Assembly: GCA_051362555.1 (NCBI GenBank) | Contig: CM120645.1 | Span: 18,724,001-18,788,000 of the forward strand | From: Lingula anatina | Lineage: Eukaryota > Animalia > Brachiopoda | Direction: 5' to 3' | DNA length: 64,000 nt | Part shown: in pieces, positions 26,397-41,223 of the stretch | Numbering within the stretch: position 1 is the stretch's first letter | How the letters are laid out: each line of letters starts with the position of its first letter | Made by a program: the position numbers and the translations under genes | The notes under the pieces: generated by a model | Told to the model about the DNA's origin: nothing | Databases searched by the model: none | Seen by the model: the letters and a program-made list of their open reading frames with translations, nothing else

Positions 26397-26546
26397 CTTC
26401 AAGCCTTCATCACCATCTTCATCACTTGCACTTTCTGGAATTTGCTGCATGGCTTCTGTGCTGGCGCGGTTTCGTAAGCTGTTTGTACGCCTCCGTCCCA
26501 CTGTCACCTCTTCATGGACACAGCTCACTGAGGCGTCCCTCTTCAG
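26397..26546 (-). CDS. Putative distal C-terminal exon of the SLC26 gene
   Basis: GC-richer 150-bp phase-0 exon LKRDASVSCVHEEVTVGRRRTNSLRNRASTEAMQQIPESASDEDGDEGLK, with acceptor gctacAG and donor AAG|GTAAT. Alternatively it reads through to the stop at 26379. Confidence 0.6.
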
Positions 26547-28481
26547 CTGTAGCATGCAATGGGAAAGTAGCATTAATAGCATCATGATGAAATCAAAAGT
26601 GTACTTTCATATACGTATACATACTGGTGATAAAGATGATGGGGCTAGTCAAGTTGGGTTTGCGTATCTTTGTGCAACTCCCCTTAACAGGGCTCCTGAC
26701 CAGGATTCTAGCTCACCATAGGCAACATGCAGTATGGGACAGCAGGTCCAGAACGACTAGTCCCAAACTGATTGCATATTGCACTATTTAGTCCATACAT
26801 AATTCAATTCATTAAAAAGAATCAAAATAATCTTTAATAAGACTTAAATGATCTGAAAACAGTGGCTTATATCTATTAGGCAAAGAAAATATTCTAAATA
26901 TGACATTAAGATCATGGTTATTTCAATTTACTTTACATAATAATATTGACTGAAACTAAGACTTAAGCTTGCAAATGGTTGCTCAAGTATTTTAAGAATG
27001 TATAATTTTTGCAAAATAACAATGAATAATCAAAACCAGGGATAATTATATTGACTTTTAGACAAATTGTCTCATTAAAAACAGCAAGCAAAAGCAATTC
27101 ATAACACATGACTCTGTATAACAAAAAAGATTTGCCCAAATGTTGAAAAATATCATGCCTGAACAAGGAAACTTCAGTTTGAAATTTACAGTTAGCTGTT
27201 TTTAGTGTTTCATATATGTCACATATATTTAGTTGGAAGTGGACATGCATATATAGCACAAGTTATTAGAACATGTATGTAACTTAACAGGGTATTTCAC
27301 AGTCCATAGATCACACTTCTAGTTTAGTTGGGATGACACAACTTAGTGACTGTATGCTTTTACCAATTAGAAACGATACATTAAATCAAACATTTTAAAC
27401 TTTCCCCAGGAAATTTAAGTAACCTTATCCCTCTGTTGTCCCTTTACCATGCTAAATAATTATTCAAATGTAAACTTCAAAGTAACTCACTAAGGTCAGT
27501 AACATGCTATTATACCGAATTCTAATGGGCAGGGAAAATAACCATATAGACTGCAAACTAAGTTGAACCACAACAAGTTGGCTGGAAATGCAACCATTTA
27601 TGTCAGAGGTATTCTCCTTTTGCTGTTACAATAAGCAAACCACACTAACTTCTACTGAATTAAAACCATGTCAAGCACTGTGATCTACAAATCCCTGACA
27701 CAAGCCACCAGTACAGTCTCTGTACCAATTTGAGGAACAAAACTCATCAGAAACAGTTTGTTTTTGATTCAGTTGGAGTTATAAAAGGGCTCAGACATCC
27801 TTAATACAGACATTTTAATGTTAAAACATTTGTAAGAATGCAAATGATTTCATGGGAATATTTTATACAAAGGCCCTGGCTGAATGCCAATTGTCTGCAC
27901 CACTTGCAGTATAAATTCTGAAACAGCTCAGCAACAACGGTGGCAACAACAGATACAGGTGATGGGTATATATGTACAGACAATTTTTTTCATAAAAATT
28001 ATACAATCATGCCAAATTTTCCTATTCAACCTGCCTTTTTTCAAATAAAAATTTCTCAAGAAAATTTGAATTGCAGCAAAAATATGAAACGGGATGAGCA
28101 AATATTAACTGTGTCAGATAGTAACATGCAGTGATGACATGGACAGACACGTAACAGAAAATATATGGTAACTTCCACTGTCTGTATTTAAAATTGTGCA
28201 TTCCAATGGAGATTTACCCTAGTTGCAATGTTTAATGAAGTCAAAACTTTGCGCTTACTTCAAAGCAACCTAAGCATGTGCTTTCTCACCTGCCCATGCA
28301 ATGATACACATCATTATCAATACAAATACTCTGCATGCTTGATCCATGCCAATGGGTGAAGGTCAGTGTCAAGGTCGCTGTATAACTTCATTCATATGTA
28401 TCCAAAATGCAGAGAACTTGTTTTTGCAACTACATGTCAAGTGGCTAAAAATTTAGCGTTGCTAATTTCAAAGTTCAATAA

Positions 28482-28785
28482 TTTAGAGAGTTTTGAAAAT
28501 ATTACAATAGAATTTGGGATATTTTAGGAAAATGATGCTTTTAATAAATGATGAAAAAAAAAAAAAAAAAAAATCAATCTTATGCCTTAAATGCCATGCC
28601 AGCTTATGTAACTTCTTACAGGTGCCAGTCTCTGGCAGCTTAGAGAGTTTTGAAAATATTACAATAGAATTTGGGATATTTTAGGAAAATGATGTTTTTA
28701 ATAAATGATGAAAAAAAATTCAATCTTATGCCCAAAATGCCATGCCGGCTTATGTGACTTCTTACAGGTGCCAGTCTCTGGCAGT
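28482..28785. repeat. Direct tandem duplication, 2 x ~150 bp
   Basis: ttagagagttttgaaaatattacaatagaatttgggatattttagg...cttacaggtgccagtctctggcag occurs twice in tandem. Confidence 0.9.
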
Positions 28786-29212
28786 TTTGAAACCTCTTTT
28801 TTTTTTTTTTCTTTTTTCGTTTTTTCATTTTTTTAATGTTATGATGATATTAAAACCATTTTATTTTAACATTTGAAATATTCAGAGTTGAGCAAATATA
28901 ATGCATTATAATTCTGTGCAAAATTTCAATTCCAAAGCTATTGAACTGTTGAAGTGAATAAATTTGGAAATTATTAACTTTTTTTAGCCTCTCAATATAT
29001 ATCAAGGCATACCTCATGCTTTAAATGAACAGTACATGTCATAACTAAGCAGATAACTACATGTGTGAGTGTATGTATACACTTTATATTGTTTTTCTTA
29101 TACAGTGTATTTCAAAAAATAGCTGTGCGCCTAATATCATGCCATAATTGTATGTATGTCCAAAAGTTATTAACTATATATAGGATAGCACACATTTTTT
29201 TCATACAAAGCT

Positions 29213-29378
29213 CAAGCCCGTAGCCAGCAATTTGAAAGGGTGGATTCTTTTTCTGAAAAAGTGGACCTTTTACCATATAATCCCCCTGTACCTAGGTCAC
29301 ATTTTACCCAGGGTGGACCTTTTTCCAGCAAAAAGGGGGGTTCTTTTGAACCCACCCGAACCCCTGGCTACGGGCCTG
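29213..29378. mobile_element. hAT-like MITE
   Basis: TIRs CAAGCCCGTAGCCAG / CTGGCTACGGGCCTG. Confidence 0.75.
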
Positions 29379-29543
29379 AAGCTTTATCTTATAGCAAAGG
29401 TTTTATATTGTAAGTGTCAGGGGAGTAGCTTATATGCACAAATGCATTTTATCATGTGGTGTAGGACATGCTTTTGGTCATGTTCTCAAGTATGCACATG
29501 CACAGTCCTGTTTGCCAACTATGCCTGCCACTGCAAACTTTAC

Positions 29544-29612
29544 CTGGTCTTGCAAGTTATAAGTACCTGCTGTGTGTTTATGAGAGGACTCGTCTACATC
29601 CGAAACTACAAT
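29544..29612 (-). CDS. Putative alternative C-terminal exon of the SLC26 gene
   Basis: Acceptor aatttcAG, open phase-0 frame IVVSDVDESSHKHTAGTYNLQDQ, donor CAG|GTAAAG. It is compatible with the phase-0 donor at 31449. Confidence 0.45.
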
Positions 29613-30259
29613 CTGAAATTGTCAACTTTTTTTTATATAAGGAGGATAGATTTCAAAGGCACATAGGCAGATCCCCATTTTCACCACTGTCTCTTGAATT
29701 CCTACAACAGGGGTTCCATTTTTCAATTCAGCACAATTAAAATGTTTTACCTTACACCGATTTGTACATAATTCAAAACACATATATGATGCTTACAACA
29801 CCTTTTCCTTTACCCTGTAAAAAGCTTAACAAGCAGTAGGTTAATTTGAATATCAAGCTACAGATAATAAAAATGATGTGGTCGCCTAAATTAGATCTAT
29901 TGTAAGGAAATTGTGAAGGTAACTTTTAAGCCTTATACAGGTCAAGGTCAATGAAGGTCAAACAGTTTGGAACCACAGGTGTGCTCACACTTTGCTTGAG
30001 AACACCAAAAATGAAGTATGTTTGAACTCAACAGCATTTATTGGAATTTTAAGTCTATTCTGGCAAGTTTAAATCACATGACTATCTTTGAAAGTGCATT
30101 TCCAGTAAAGTTGGGTTGATATAAATTACTATGAACCATATAGCAGATTCATAACTGGGAGCAAGTCTGATTCCTTGATTGTCCTGAGCAGAACAACTGC
30201 CATTTAGATAAAGATTGAGGCATGACTTTTTGTGTCATCTTATGGTAAGCTATTAAGTA

Positions 30260-30536
30260 GAGGGTGTCTCAATATACATTTTTGTGATAATGATTCATTA
30301 TAAATTAGGCAAGAAACTGAGACAAAAGTTCCACACAGAAAGTATATATATGTCAAAGTTGTCATGGTGATTGACAACTTTGACAGTCATTTTGAACACG
30401 TGTTATAAAAAATACATCCTTTGAGCTATTAAATCACTGTCTTTTAATTGCTATTATATAAGGTTCCAGGACATGTAATCTTGTCTCAGTTTCTTATCTC
30501 AGTAATAAATCATTATCATGTATATTGATCACGCTG
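30260..30536. mobile_element. Tc1/mariner-like fold-back MITE
   Basis: TA|GAGGGTGTCTCAATATACA...AAGAAACTGAGACAA versus TTGTCTCAGTTTCTT...TGTATATTGATCACGCTG|TA, with central palindrome tgtcaaagttgtca..tgacaactttgaca. Confidence 0.65.
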
Positions 30537-31234
30537 TATAATCACACAGTTTGCTTAGAAAGGTATAAAGTGAAATCAGCCAAACCAGTCTGGAAATACA
30601 TCTATCTTTACTGACATCATCACATGGGTCTTACAAGATGACATGGACAATGATGTTTGAAACAACATAATAAGGACTGACATACACGGTCCTTGTGTGA
30701 GCACGTCCACAAACTGCAAGATGTGTATGATGTCAAAGGGATCTACATAAAACACATTTACATGTATATATAAATATATATACTTACTAGACTCTTTGTG
30801 TACTATGGAGGGCAATAGATAGAAAGAGTGTAAAAGAATCAACAGAAAACTATGAACTGAACTGGAGTGAAATTTTTTGACCATAAACTTACTTTCCAGA
30901 ATATGATCATTTGTTTCATGTCTTTGGTTAACTTAAGGAAGGACAAATTGTGTTAGTAAAGAATACCACTGACATATGATACACAAAATATACATATTAA
31001 GAGATTTAAAGTGAGGTTTATTAGTATGCAACAAAAATTATACAAATAATACACAGAACAATAAAATAATATTTAATATGATTGATCCGAGTAGCCAAAT
31101 ATTTTTAGAAAAAAACAAAACAAAACCAACAACAACATACATTTGACACTGAATAACATTGTAAAAAAAAAATCTGACAAAGTACCTGAAAATATTTCAA
31201 ATACATCAGCCTTCCCTCATAAAAAAAATTAAAA

Positions 31235-34200
31235 CTAGGCAACAGAGGTGTTAATTTGATCATCCGACAGAATGGAATCCTGCTGTGCAGAAAAAATTAT
31301 CCACAAAAATCTACAAAATTAGGTGAACCCACCCCTAGTGTCCCAGTGCTAGAGTTGATTAAAAACACACATCTGTACAAAAACAATAAGTTACTGCCAG
31401 TGCCCTGTAGTTCAAGGTCACCTCAAGTCCAATTCCATGAATTCTTACCTCGTTTAACAAGTCATGCTGACTTCGCAGAGCAGCAATCACAGCGTCATGA
31501 ATGGTGATGTACAGCAGGTCTTGCTCGTGTTTCTTGTGTAGCCCTGCCTTCCTAAACATCTTCCTCACACGCCCTGAAAAAGTGATGCACAATGAGGTCA
31601 TGTTTCCAGTCATGTTGGTCTGGCCTTACTCAGTCCAACCCTTCTCAGCAGGTTGAATGGGTATGATAAGCTCATTACATAATAGGGAGCCAACCAAATG
31701 GAATAAGGTTTGCTGCAACTACTGTGGCCACTGGCAAAACAACAGTGGGGTTATATTTGCTAGCTCCCAATGTATAGTGAATGAATAGTAACCAGATGCA
31801 CCATCCCCTACTTTTATAATGATCAGAATGAATATTAGACGACAGGATTGCAAACTTCCACAAAATGTGCCAATAACAAGTAACCAATCATGCTTATTTT
31901 CAATCTCAACCTGCTAACAGATCTGCAGCTTAAAAAGGCTGTCCCCCTTGAAAGCTTGCTATATAATCTGCTAAAAGACATTGAATGGATTCCCCTTGGG
32001 GATTATGCAGTAAGCTTTCAAGTAGGTCGGCCATATTTGATCAGCAGATCTGTTAGTCCTTGGATCAACTTTGGTTTGTGAATATAACCTTATACATAGA
32101 CCTACGTTTACAGTGAGCTAGGAAGACTGCTACGCCCACCTCTTTGTAGTCACTCATCACCTGAAAGCATAATGGTAAAATTTGATAGAAAAAATGAATG
32201 TCTAAATTATATATTGTCAGCTACATGTATGTTCTATGCAAAAGGTTGAAAACTTATTTCAATGATACCAATGTACAAAGCACAGTGGAAAGTAATAACA
32301 AAAAGCATTGCTTAATGTGATAAACACAGCTGTTTGAGCCTACCTGACTAAGCATTTTAACTCCCCCAGAGTCTATATAGGACACACTGGAGCAGTCAAT
32401 TATGACATGGTGTATGTTAAAACTCAAGGCTGCAGTTCTCTCCTTGAGGTCATTGGGAGGCTCCTCAACATCACAGTTTTCTAGGACAACTGACCCTTCT
32501 TGAGTCATTGCATCACCATTCTGGAAGTGAACATGAGATGTTTACTTTGTAACATGGACTCTCCCTTTGGGTTTTTCCCACTCCATAACATTGTTTCCCC
32601 TTCATATAATTGTTTTGCCACTCCTGTCCGTTCTATTTTCATCTAGCAAGTTCATAACAGGTGTTTTAAATTAAAATTTTTATTTCTTTTTGCTTTTTTA
32701 TTGGTTACTAGGTGATGAAGTTGTTTAAGAATTAAATATGAAGGAGAGAAAAGTTGCACTGAAATGGATAACAACTGATGTTTCTTTGTTTTGCAAATTA
32801 CCCATTAAAGTTTCTTAATACTAGTTAATTTCTTTAAAAATTACAAAGCACATAAAATTATCTGTTCTGAACAAAAATTAAAAATGCATTCACTAAAGAC
32901 AGATATACAGATCTCTAAACATAACACATACTATGTAGGAGACGTAGACCTGTCATACCTCATGGACTTTCCCGTTCTTTTCCTCCTCTTTTTTCATCTT
33001 CTCTTCCATCTTTTTTTGTTTTTCCTCCAGCTTATTTCTGGCCTTCTTCAGGGTCACAGGATTGGCTCCTGTCTGACTGAATATCTTGCGTCTGAAATGC
33101 TCAGCATTGGCATAGTATAGCGCAGACTCAAAGTGGAAGATTTTGATTCCTGGAATTTCTTTACACTGAAAAGACATTTATAAATTTATAATCAAAGAAA
33201 AGCATCAATTTAATGATACAATTTTTGTATTGTTTAATAATCTGGATAATGAAGGTGTCACCTGAAATGTCATTGGAATGGTACTATGCCAAGGAATTTT
33301 GACTGGACATTTACTGAAGCTGGGTCTACATAAGCACTGTTGATTAATAATATATAACATGTATAGATATGAATAATTACTGGTGGCACATTTACAGCAG
33401 CAGCAGATGATACGTGAAAGTTTCAGCAATAAGACTGCCATTTTGTGCAAATCTGAAAATATGACATAGAGTCAACTACCAACTTTAAAAGTTATTTTGT
33501 GAAATGAGACTCTGCATAATGATTATTTTTTTACAAATAAAATTAAGTTCAACTAACCACTTTGTAGGCTGTCTTGTCCCTGTAGATGTCAGTGTGTGGA
33601 ACCCGTCCATACAGACAGGTGTATGGGCTGAAAGTCAAATGAATACTCAACACTGACGCTGATAAATTTCAAAATAAATGTATACAATAAGTATCAAATG
33701 TGGACTTCAAGGTTAAATTGCAAGAAGACTGGAACCTGAAAAATACTGCAAAATGAAACTGCCAAGCCGTTAGTACTTTATTTAAAAATATTAACTTAAT
33801 CCATTTTTTAACTGTCAAACCATAAGATTTCTAAACTTAATCTGCATCGTCACATAACCAAATTGCAGTTACCATTACAAAATAAAATAATATATGTTGA
33901 ATCTAAGTCACCTTTCAAATTGTTAAACCAAAAACTCTACTTTTTCGTGGACAGCAGTTTTATAGAGCAACTGACCCTGCTTAAAATCTTCTCATCAATA
34001 ACTTGTATTTCAACACTACCCCTTGGCCAGTAAGGTCCAGATTTATGACCAGACTGATCTCGAGCCATCAGGCCAGACTAGACACTCAATGACCATGAGC
34101 CATCAGGCCAGACTGGACACTCACTGACCATCAGGCCAGTGGTCACATAGTGCACTACCAGACTAAGCCTAGAAAGTAGCCAGGCAACCCCCCCCCCCTT

Positions 34201-37200
34201 TACCTCTGTGTTCTGAAGACCACTGTGAGGAGAGAGAAGCCCACACCAATGATCAGTCCCATGGCCACCCCCAGAAGTACCACAGCCAGCCAAGTTACCA
34301 ACCAGATAGCCTAGAAGACACCAACATCATTACAGCCTACGGCCGAGAAATCATTTCTTGTCTGTTAAAGCTTTTTCAAAGATTAATTTAAGGGTTGATC
34401 TTAGTTAAAATACATATTTCTAAACTATGCAATACCAAATATTTCTGAAAATGTAACAAAAATAGTTCTTTTCATACAAAGTATAGCATATAAAAGTTTT
34501 TTGTGTTAAAAAGTGCAGTTCAGACAGAAATTAATTTAAATGTTCTATATTAAATTTTTTTGAGCTTGATAAATTTATAACTAAATTTTTCAAATGGGTA
34601 GATATACAAATTAAAGTAACTACTTACAAAGTCAAACTTGCAAATGTGCCAGAGGTTCTTGAGATCTTTGAACTGAAGGAACATTCCTTTTAAGGCCACT
34701 AGGATGATGGAGGCAAGGACGGCCTGAAAATATGTAACAAGGTATTATTTACTGAAAAAAAATCAATGTATGCATGCTGAGAAAATAGTTTCCTAGAGCC
34801 AGTTTACAATAAACAGCCTATCTCAGCATGCCTCTGGGACCCATTTTGCAATGGAACTTAAGCCCAAATAATGATCATACCTTTCAGACCAAATTTGCAG
34901 TCCACTTTGACCTGATTAAACCATAGCCATAATATAACCAAAAATATAAGATCAATGTTTCAGATCAATGCTTTATTTCTAATAAATGGATTTCTCTGGA
35001 TTTATTTTAATATTTTAATTTCTATGTATTTATCCAAGACATGAGTTGCCAAATTTTTAATAATAATAATAATATACACATTTTCTTTACATGACATAGA
35101 TCAGGCCTCATTAATGCTAATTGCCATTTACTAACACTACCCGCAGATCTTTTAGCACTAACACCCATATTAACCATTTAACCCTTGAATCACCCAATGC
35201 ACCATAAAGTATTTACAACCACCATAGCGTTAGTGCTAAAATATCTGTGGGTAGTGTTAATTAATGCCTAATCCATTTATAAGGCATATAGACCAAAGGT
35301 TTGGTTTAAAAAGTTTATTTTTATGATAAAATCTTTTGTTAAACCAGCCTCTAATCTGTAATCCTTAACTTCTTCCATGTCTTTAAATCGATTTCTGTTG
35401 GAGAACTTATTACAATCATAGTGAGCACAAATTACAAATTTGTTAGAAAAATATCATATATACACACACAAAAAAACACACACACACAAACACACACACA
35501 CACACACACACACAAAAGTATTGCAGCTATCAATAAGCTCAGATTCTATGTGAAAATGAAATTCACTATTGCATTAAAATCTTCTGTCTTATAGGAATCC
35601 AAAGAACTCACATTTGGCAATGTTTGGAAGAGTGGTCCCAGGACAAGGAGGACAATTAAGATGAGTATACTGGAGAACACAGCAGCCAGCTGAAACAGAG
35701 AAGCAAATGAAAGCAAAATATCTTTAAAATGTAGATATGCTGAAGAAAATAAACAGTGCCCGTTTTCACACAACCTAGATTCTTGGATTCAAATATTAGA
35801 AATGACAGCTATTTGCATAATGCATAAATCAAAGCACATATATTTATGTCTGTTGAAAAAATTGATATGCATATCATCCATTTATTCAATTATTTCACAT
35901 TACATATATAACTTGTCATAATGTTTTTTATCAGTATATTCATTAGGATCTTTCCTTTGTTATCATCTTGGTACTGAAGAATAATAAAGACAGCTATCAT
36001 AGTGACAATACAGACAGACACAGGTAATCAGAAGCTACTTAGACAAATACAGTGTCTGTATAAAAAAGTAGAACAAAATTTTTTGTGTCCACTGTCATCT
36101 ATTTTGATACAAGCTCCTAAGTCCATATCACCTGTGTTCTTCCTCCCACATTGTCTTGAACCAAACTTCTGCTCAGGGAGGCACATGCTGCGAAACAGTT
36201 GAAGAAAGAGCTGAAAATGTTCATTAGGCCATAGGCAACCAACTCCTGGAGAAAAAAAAAATAGATTTAGCTGAAATATATTGGACCAATTCCTAAAATT
36301 ATTGTCTCCACCAAAAGAGATAAGTTTTTTACCTCTATTTGTTTGTTCATTCCTCACCATCCTAACTCAGAAAGTCATTGATGGATTTTCAGGATATTTC
36401 AGGATAGCTCAGAAATGGGCTGATTAGACTTGGGTGATGATTCATTACTTACGTAATTAATGGCTCATTATTTGTCTTGGAGGAGGTCTCCATACACTTT
36501 TTTTAGTTATAACATCACCACAGAAGATTAAATTACATGAAGAAAAGTCATTTTCATGGATGATGTATGTAATGCAGACATAATGCTTTGATTAAAATTG
36601 GCAGTACAAAGACCCATTTCCAATGTTGTTGTGGCAGATTAACTTAATGCATACTATCTCAGCAGACTGTATAATTAGGAATTCTGACCATAGGAATCCA
36701 ATCCACTAAATGTGATCTCAAACAAGGTTATCTAAAATTGAAGCATGTCCCGTACTGTAAGACTGATCTCCTGTAGAATCACGTGGCCTGCAGAGAAAGC
36801 ATGCAAACACCAAGTTAAGCCACCACAAACTAAATTGGACATGTGGCCTGAAACAGAACTTTCTCCTGACCTGATTTGGTGTCACCTCGTAATCATGCTT
36901 CCTGGCCAGCAGTTTCCCCATGGACACCGAGATGCTGAAGGCTACAATAGCAACAGCAAATGAGTCCCCTATCAGGGCCCCCATGTGTTCTGTGGGGGGC
37001 ACTTTGGGAGCTGGGATCCTGTAGTGCAATATTGAAATAAAGTTATATTGTATCAAAATATAAAACACTGAGAAACAAATTCCATTTCACCCACCCTTTC
37101 TTACCTGCTTAATGCTATTTGGTTTTTTCAAGAATTTACTGTCGTACAATTGAGACTTTCTCTTAATGATGGCAGACACTTTTGATTTAAATAATACCAA

Positions 37201-40200
37201 AATCACCATCAAACAATAAATGACATGCACATCATTAGTAACGTTCTACGTACAAAACATGTAACACAACAAGTCTTAAGGCTTCCCAGCTATTGTTTGG
37301 GTCATATTTTATCAAATATGTTAATCAACTTCCCCTACATATCTACTAACCCTGTTGGAATATGGCCAACCACTGTAACATTGAAATTCTCATGCAGCTT
37401 GGCAAGATAGGAAACCAAAGTACCCAATACTACCTACAAGAGAGCAACAGAAATTAAAATACTGATAATTACATAACACACCAAATACTCAATTAAGAGG
37501 GAATGCTCATAAAGGTTAATGTATTATCTAATATGTTATATTATCTATGCACACTCTTAATTTCAAATAAAAGATAACTATTCACATAAAATGAACAAAA
37601 CTAATACACTGAATTTGTTAAATTAAGAGAAAAATTTACAATGCTATATAAAAATGAGTTAATAAGTAATTGTAAATTGTGAGTAGTTGAAGTAAATCAG
37701 AAAACAATGTCAATGTTCCTGCACCAAAACTAACACTTGGAAAAGCAATGTCACATCGGTTACATAACAGAGAAATGGAGAAACTTGTCCACTAGTTGCA
37801 CAGCAACAGGAAAGTCAAACCAGTCATTTTGATTAAAATAATTTGTTAATCACCACTCTTACAACATAAATTTTCAACAAGTATATATGCTTTTGAAAGT
37901 TTTAAACATAATTTCATAGTTGTTCAGATGAATTTTAGGGAAATGAACAATTAGAGGAGCATTATTTTGACCCCAATACCATGGATTCATTATGTCTTGC
38001 TGAGTATTTGGGCTTGAAATATCTTGGCAGATACTGCAATATTTATCTTTCAACAGGACCTGGAGTCTGCAACATCATCCGAATTTCCCCATGTCTGATA
38101 CAACAACATCAGCACAATCACATCTAAAAACAGCTAGCACAGTCACAACGATCCCGTCACACCTACCACAATAAGTTCTATAGGCACTGGCATCTTCATC
38201 CTGGATCTGTACCTGGCATTGATACACTCCTTTACCAGAGCAAGACACAGGATGCAGGTCACAGAGATGATAACAGCTGCAAAGTTGGTCTTGGTTATGT
38301 TGGAGAAAATACTGACATAGGTCTGAAACAAGGATTAATGTTGTTAACATGGTACAACCCATTACAATAAACTACCTGATTAATCATTCTGTGATAAAAC
38401 ACAGTCCAATGCTTTTAGACAGACTTCCTATGCTGAAATAACCCCCCCCCCCCTCCGAGTAAGAGATGGGCCAACCAATTTAAGTAGAAGCCAAGTAAAC
38501 AAATAGTTGGCATTAGAATTAGGATATGGTATCAATAGAGGCTGAACTTTGCAAAAGAAAAATAAATCTCTCATGGACTATTACAACTCACCTTTATAAT
38601 CTTGAAAGGCTCGGAGGAACGTGGAATATGGAGTCCAAACACATATTTCACCTGTGTGGTGAACACATGACAGGCTGCGCCGGTGGTGAACCCACTGATC
38701 AGTGCGTCAGACAGGTAGATAGTCAGGAATCCCATACGAAAGATACCCATGGTAATCTGAAATGCAACGTACCATACTGGGTATAAGTGCATTGAATCTC
38801 AATCCTTGTGTTCTGAATATCAAAAGAATCATTCCATTAAATATACATATATAAAATTTAGTAATTTACTTCAATCATCTCCCCCCTCTCTCTCTTTCTC
38901 ATTTTATGTCTCCAACAATGATTCACACCTGCCACAATCCCACCAACAGTGTTAATGCTGTGGCTATTTCAATCTTCTTGTTGTCCAGTTCCTCGCTAGT
39001 TATCCCACTGCTGTCACCGGATGTGAGAGAACCATTTGTGCCGTTGCCCCCTGGCACAGAGTCTGTGACTAAAGCTTCCAGGTCCCCTGTCTCTCTCACC
39101 ACGGACTCTCCCACCATCAGGCAGATCACAGCAAATGTGCCTGAAAAACCCAAAGTTATGAAGTGTAAGCTGAAGCAGTATTTAGTGAGTGAAACAACAA
39201 GGGATGATTCTACTTGCACAGTTTTACCCAAGATTTATTCTGATTCTGATTATTTGGTACTCAGTAGTTATATGGTGGATATGGATTTTTATGGATTTTA
39301 ACATAATTTAAACTTGGTTTCACTTCAGACTTGAGTGTTTTAGTTTTCCTTTTTTTAAATACCTGTTAAGATTGTTTTCTGATTTAAATGTCAAATTTCA
39401 TGTATTAGTACACTGGTTGACAAAAGACAAAGACAAAAGACAAATTTTCTTCAAAATTACAGTTTCTTTCCTGGGATGTCCCACACCACCGGCAATATCA
39501 CTGTTGGGCATGTTTTCAGACAAAATCTTTGCCTTTTTTGAAGAGGCAGCTTTTTAAATTATGTGTTCCACTACTTTACATAATAAGTGATTGGACTTTC
39601 GGATGAAGATTTACTCGTACAAACTCACTGCTAATCTTTTTGTACTGTCTCATTTTAGTTTTTTTCTTTTCTCAGGTGGGTCGTACTTGTGGAAAGAATT
39701 AAAACCCATTGTTGGATCATCAAAACAACAGAGTGTACACAGAGGTGAAAGGCAAGACAGCGGGCCAACTTAAGACCAGATGGAGGGACCATCTCCAACA
39801 CCATCTAGGACCTACCTGGCCAAGCCAGGCTTAGGACTGGTATCTGCAAGAGACAGCTCAAGCAGGTTTTTTCCTATCTTCTATATTCTTTTTGCAAAAT
39901 GAGCAGCTGATATAAAGTATACAGATATACCAGCAACAATCAAAGGTATCACGTCTTCTGAAGTCAATTAGCATAAATATTAACCATATAGTATTAATCT
40001 TCCAATAGAAAGGTGATCCTCCTAGTGAAATATCAGGATGAAAAAAGCTGTTTACATGCATTATGATGAAATGAACAACTAAACTGATGTTAATTGGCCT
40101 GTTTTGGCCTGTTCATTGAACTGTCACTTGTCAATCATCTGGTTAAAAATCAGGAGAGATGGTGTCAATGAGTGCAAACACCTGGGATAATCACTTGAAA

Positions 40201-41192
40201 TGAAACGAGCTACATCAACTGACCTATTAAAAATATCTTTTCTGCCATGCCAACAGACACCTGTTATGTACTTTTAATTTGCTCAGTATGTAATCAAAGC
40301 AGAGTAGATGCACCTACAAAACTCTTAAACAATTATGATGGAATAATGAAAACATTCTGATATGTTATATATTTTACCATGTACATGATGTACACATTAT
40401 TCTCATGATATTACAATAAAAATAGAAACCACGCCTTTTAGTTTAAGATAGATTTACATATGCAGAGAAGTAAAATATCTAAGTTGGTTCCTTTAATTGT
40501 TGCTGGTATATCTGTGTATGCTTCTCATGCCTTGTATAGAAGTGTTTAAAATTAGTCTTATCAATTTAGACAATTATTAAAAATGAATTTGAAAATTTTG
40601 TCTATATTCACATGAATACCAAGGCAAACATTAAAGGGGTAATAACTCTTCGTTTTGGCTAAAAAATGAATTTTCCTGGAGTAAACAACAATTTTCCCAT
40701 ACTTACCAATGGTTAATGAATCCATTTTTACATTCAAAGTTAGTCCCTGGTTTTTTTTCTAAAAAGTTTGGTTTTTTGTTAAAATCTCTTAAGAGATTAT
40801 AACAGAGTATAGCCATCAATGGAGGTCACGTGGTCTGAAGACCAGTTCAGATATCAGAATAATAGCTATAACTGTCATTTTTGTCGTAAAACCGAATATA
40901 TCTTATTTCTATGAGTTGTGCAAAATGTTTTTGTCGTGAAACATAGACCTCATACGAAGAGTTATTATCCCTTTAAATATGTGGGTCCACTTGGCATATC
41001 TCACAGCTGCCAGGGGATATGGTGAAGAAATGCCAGCATTTGAATTTAACCATGCCAATGATGTATAAAAATAAAAACATCTAAATAAAAAAGAAAAGAA
41101 AACGGTTAAATAAATGAATAAAATCTGCATGTACAATCTTGAATCTGACATGCAGCTGGTACAGGGTGACACCCCCCCCCCTCCCCCCCCCC

Positions 41193-41223
<31 letters not shown>

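Noticed and set aside
29232-29666. 144-aa ORF, with a similar ORF at 7001-7393
   Set aside because: The shared peptide (LFLKKWTF.H) comes from the same non-coding MITE family, not a gene.
38906-39301. 131-aa plus-strand ORF and similar ORFs at 26389-26721 and 62416-62718
   Set aside because: Antisense shadows of real exons.
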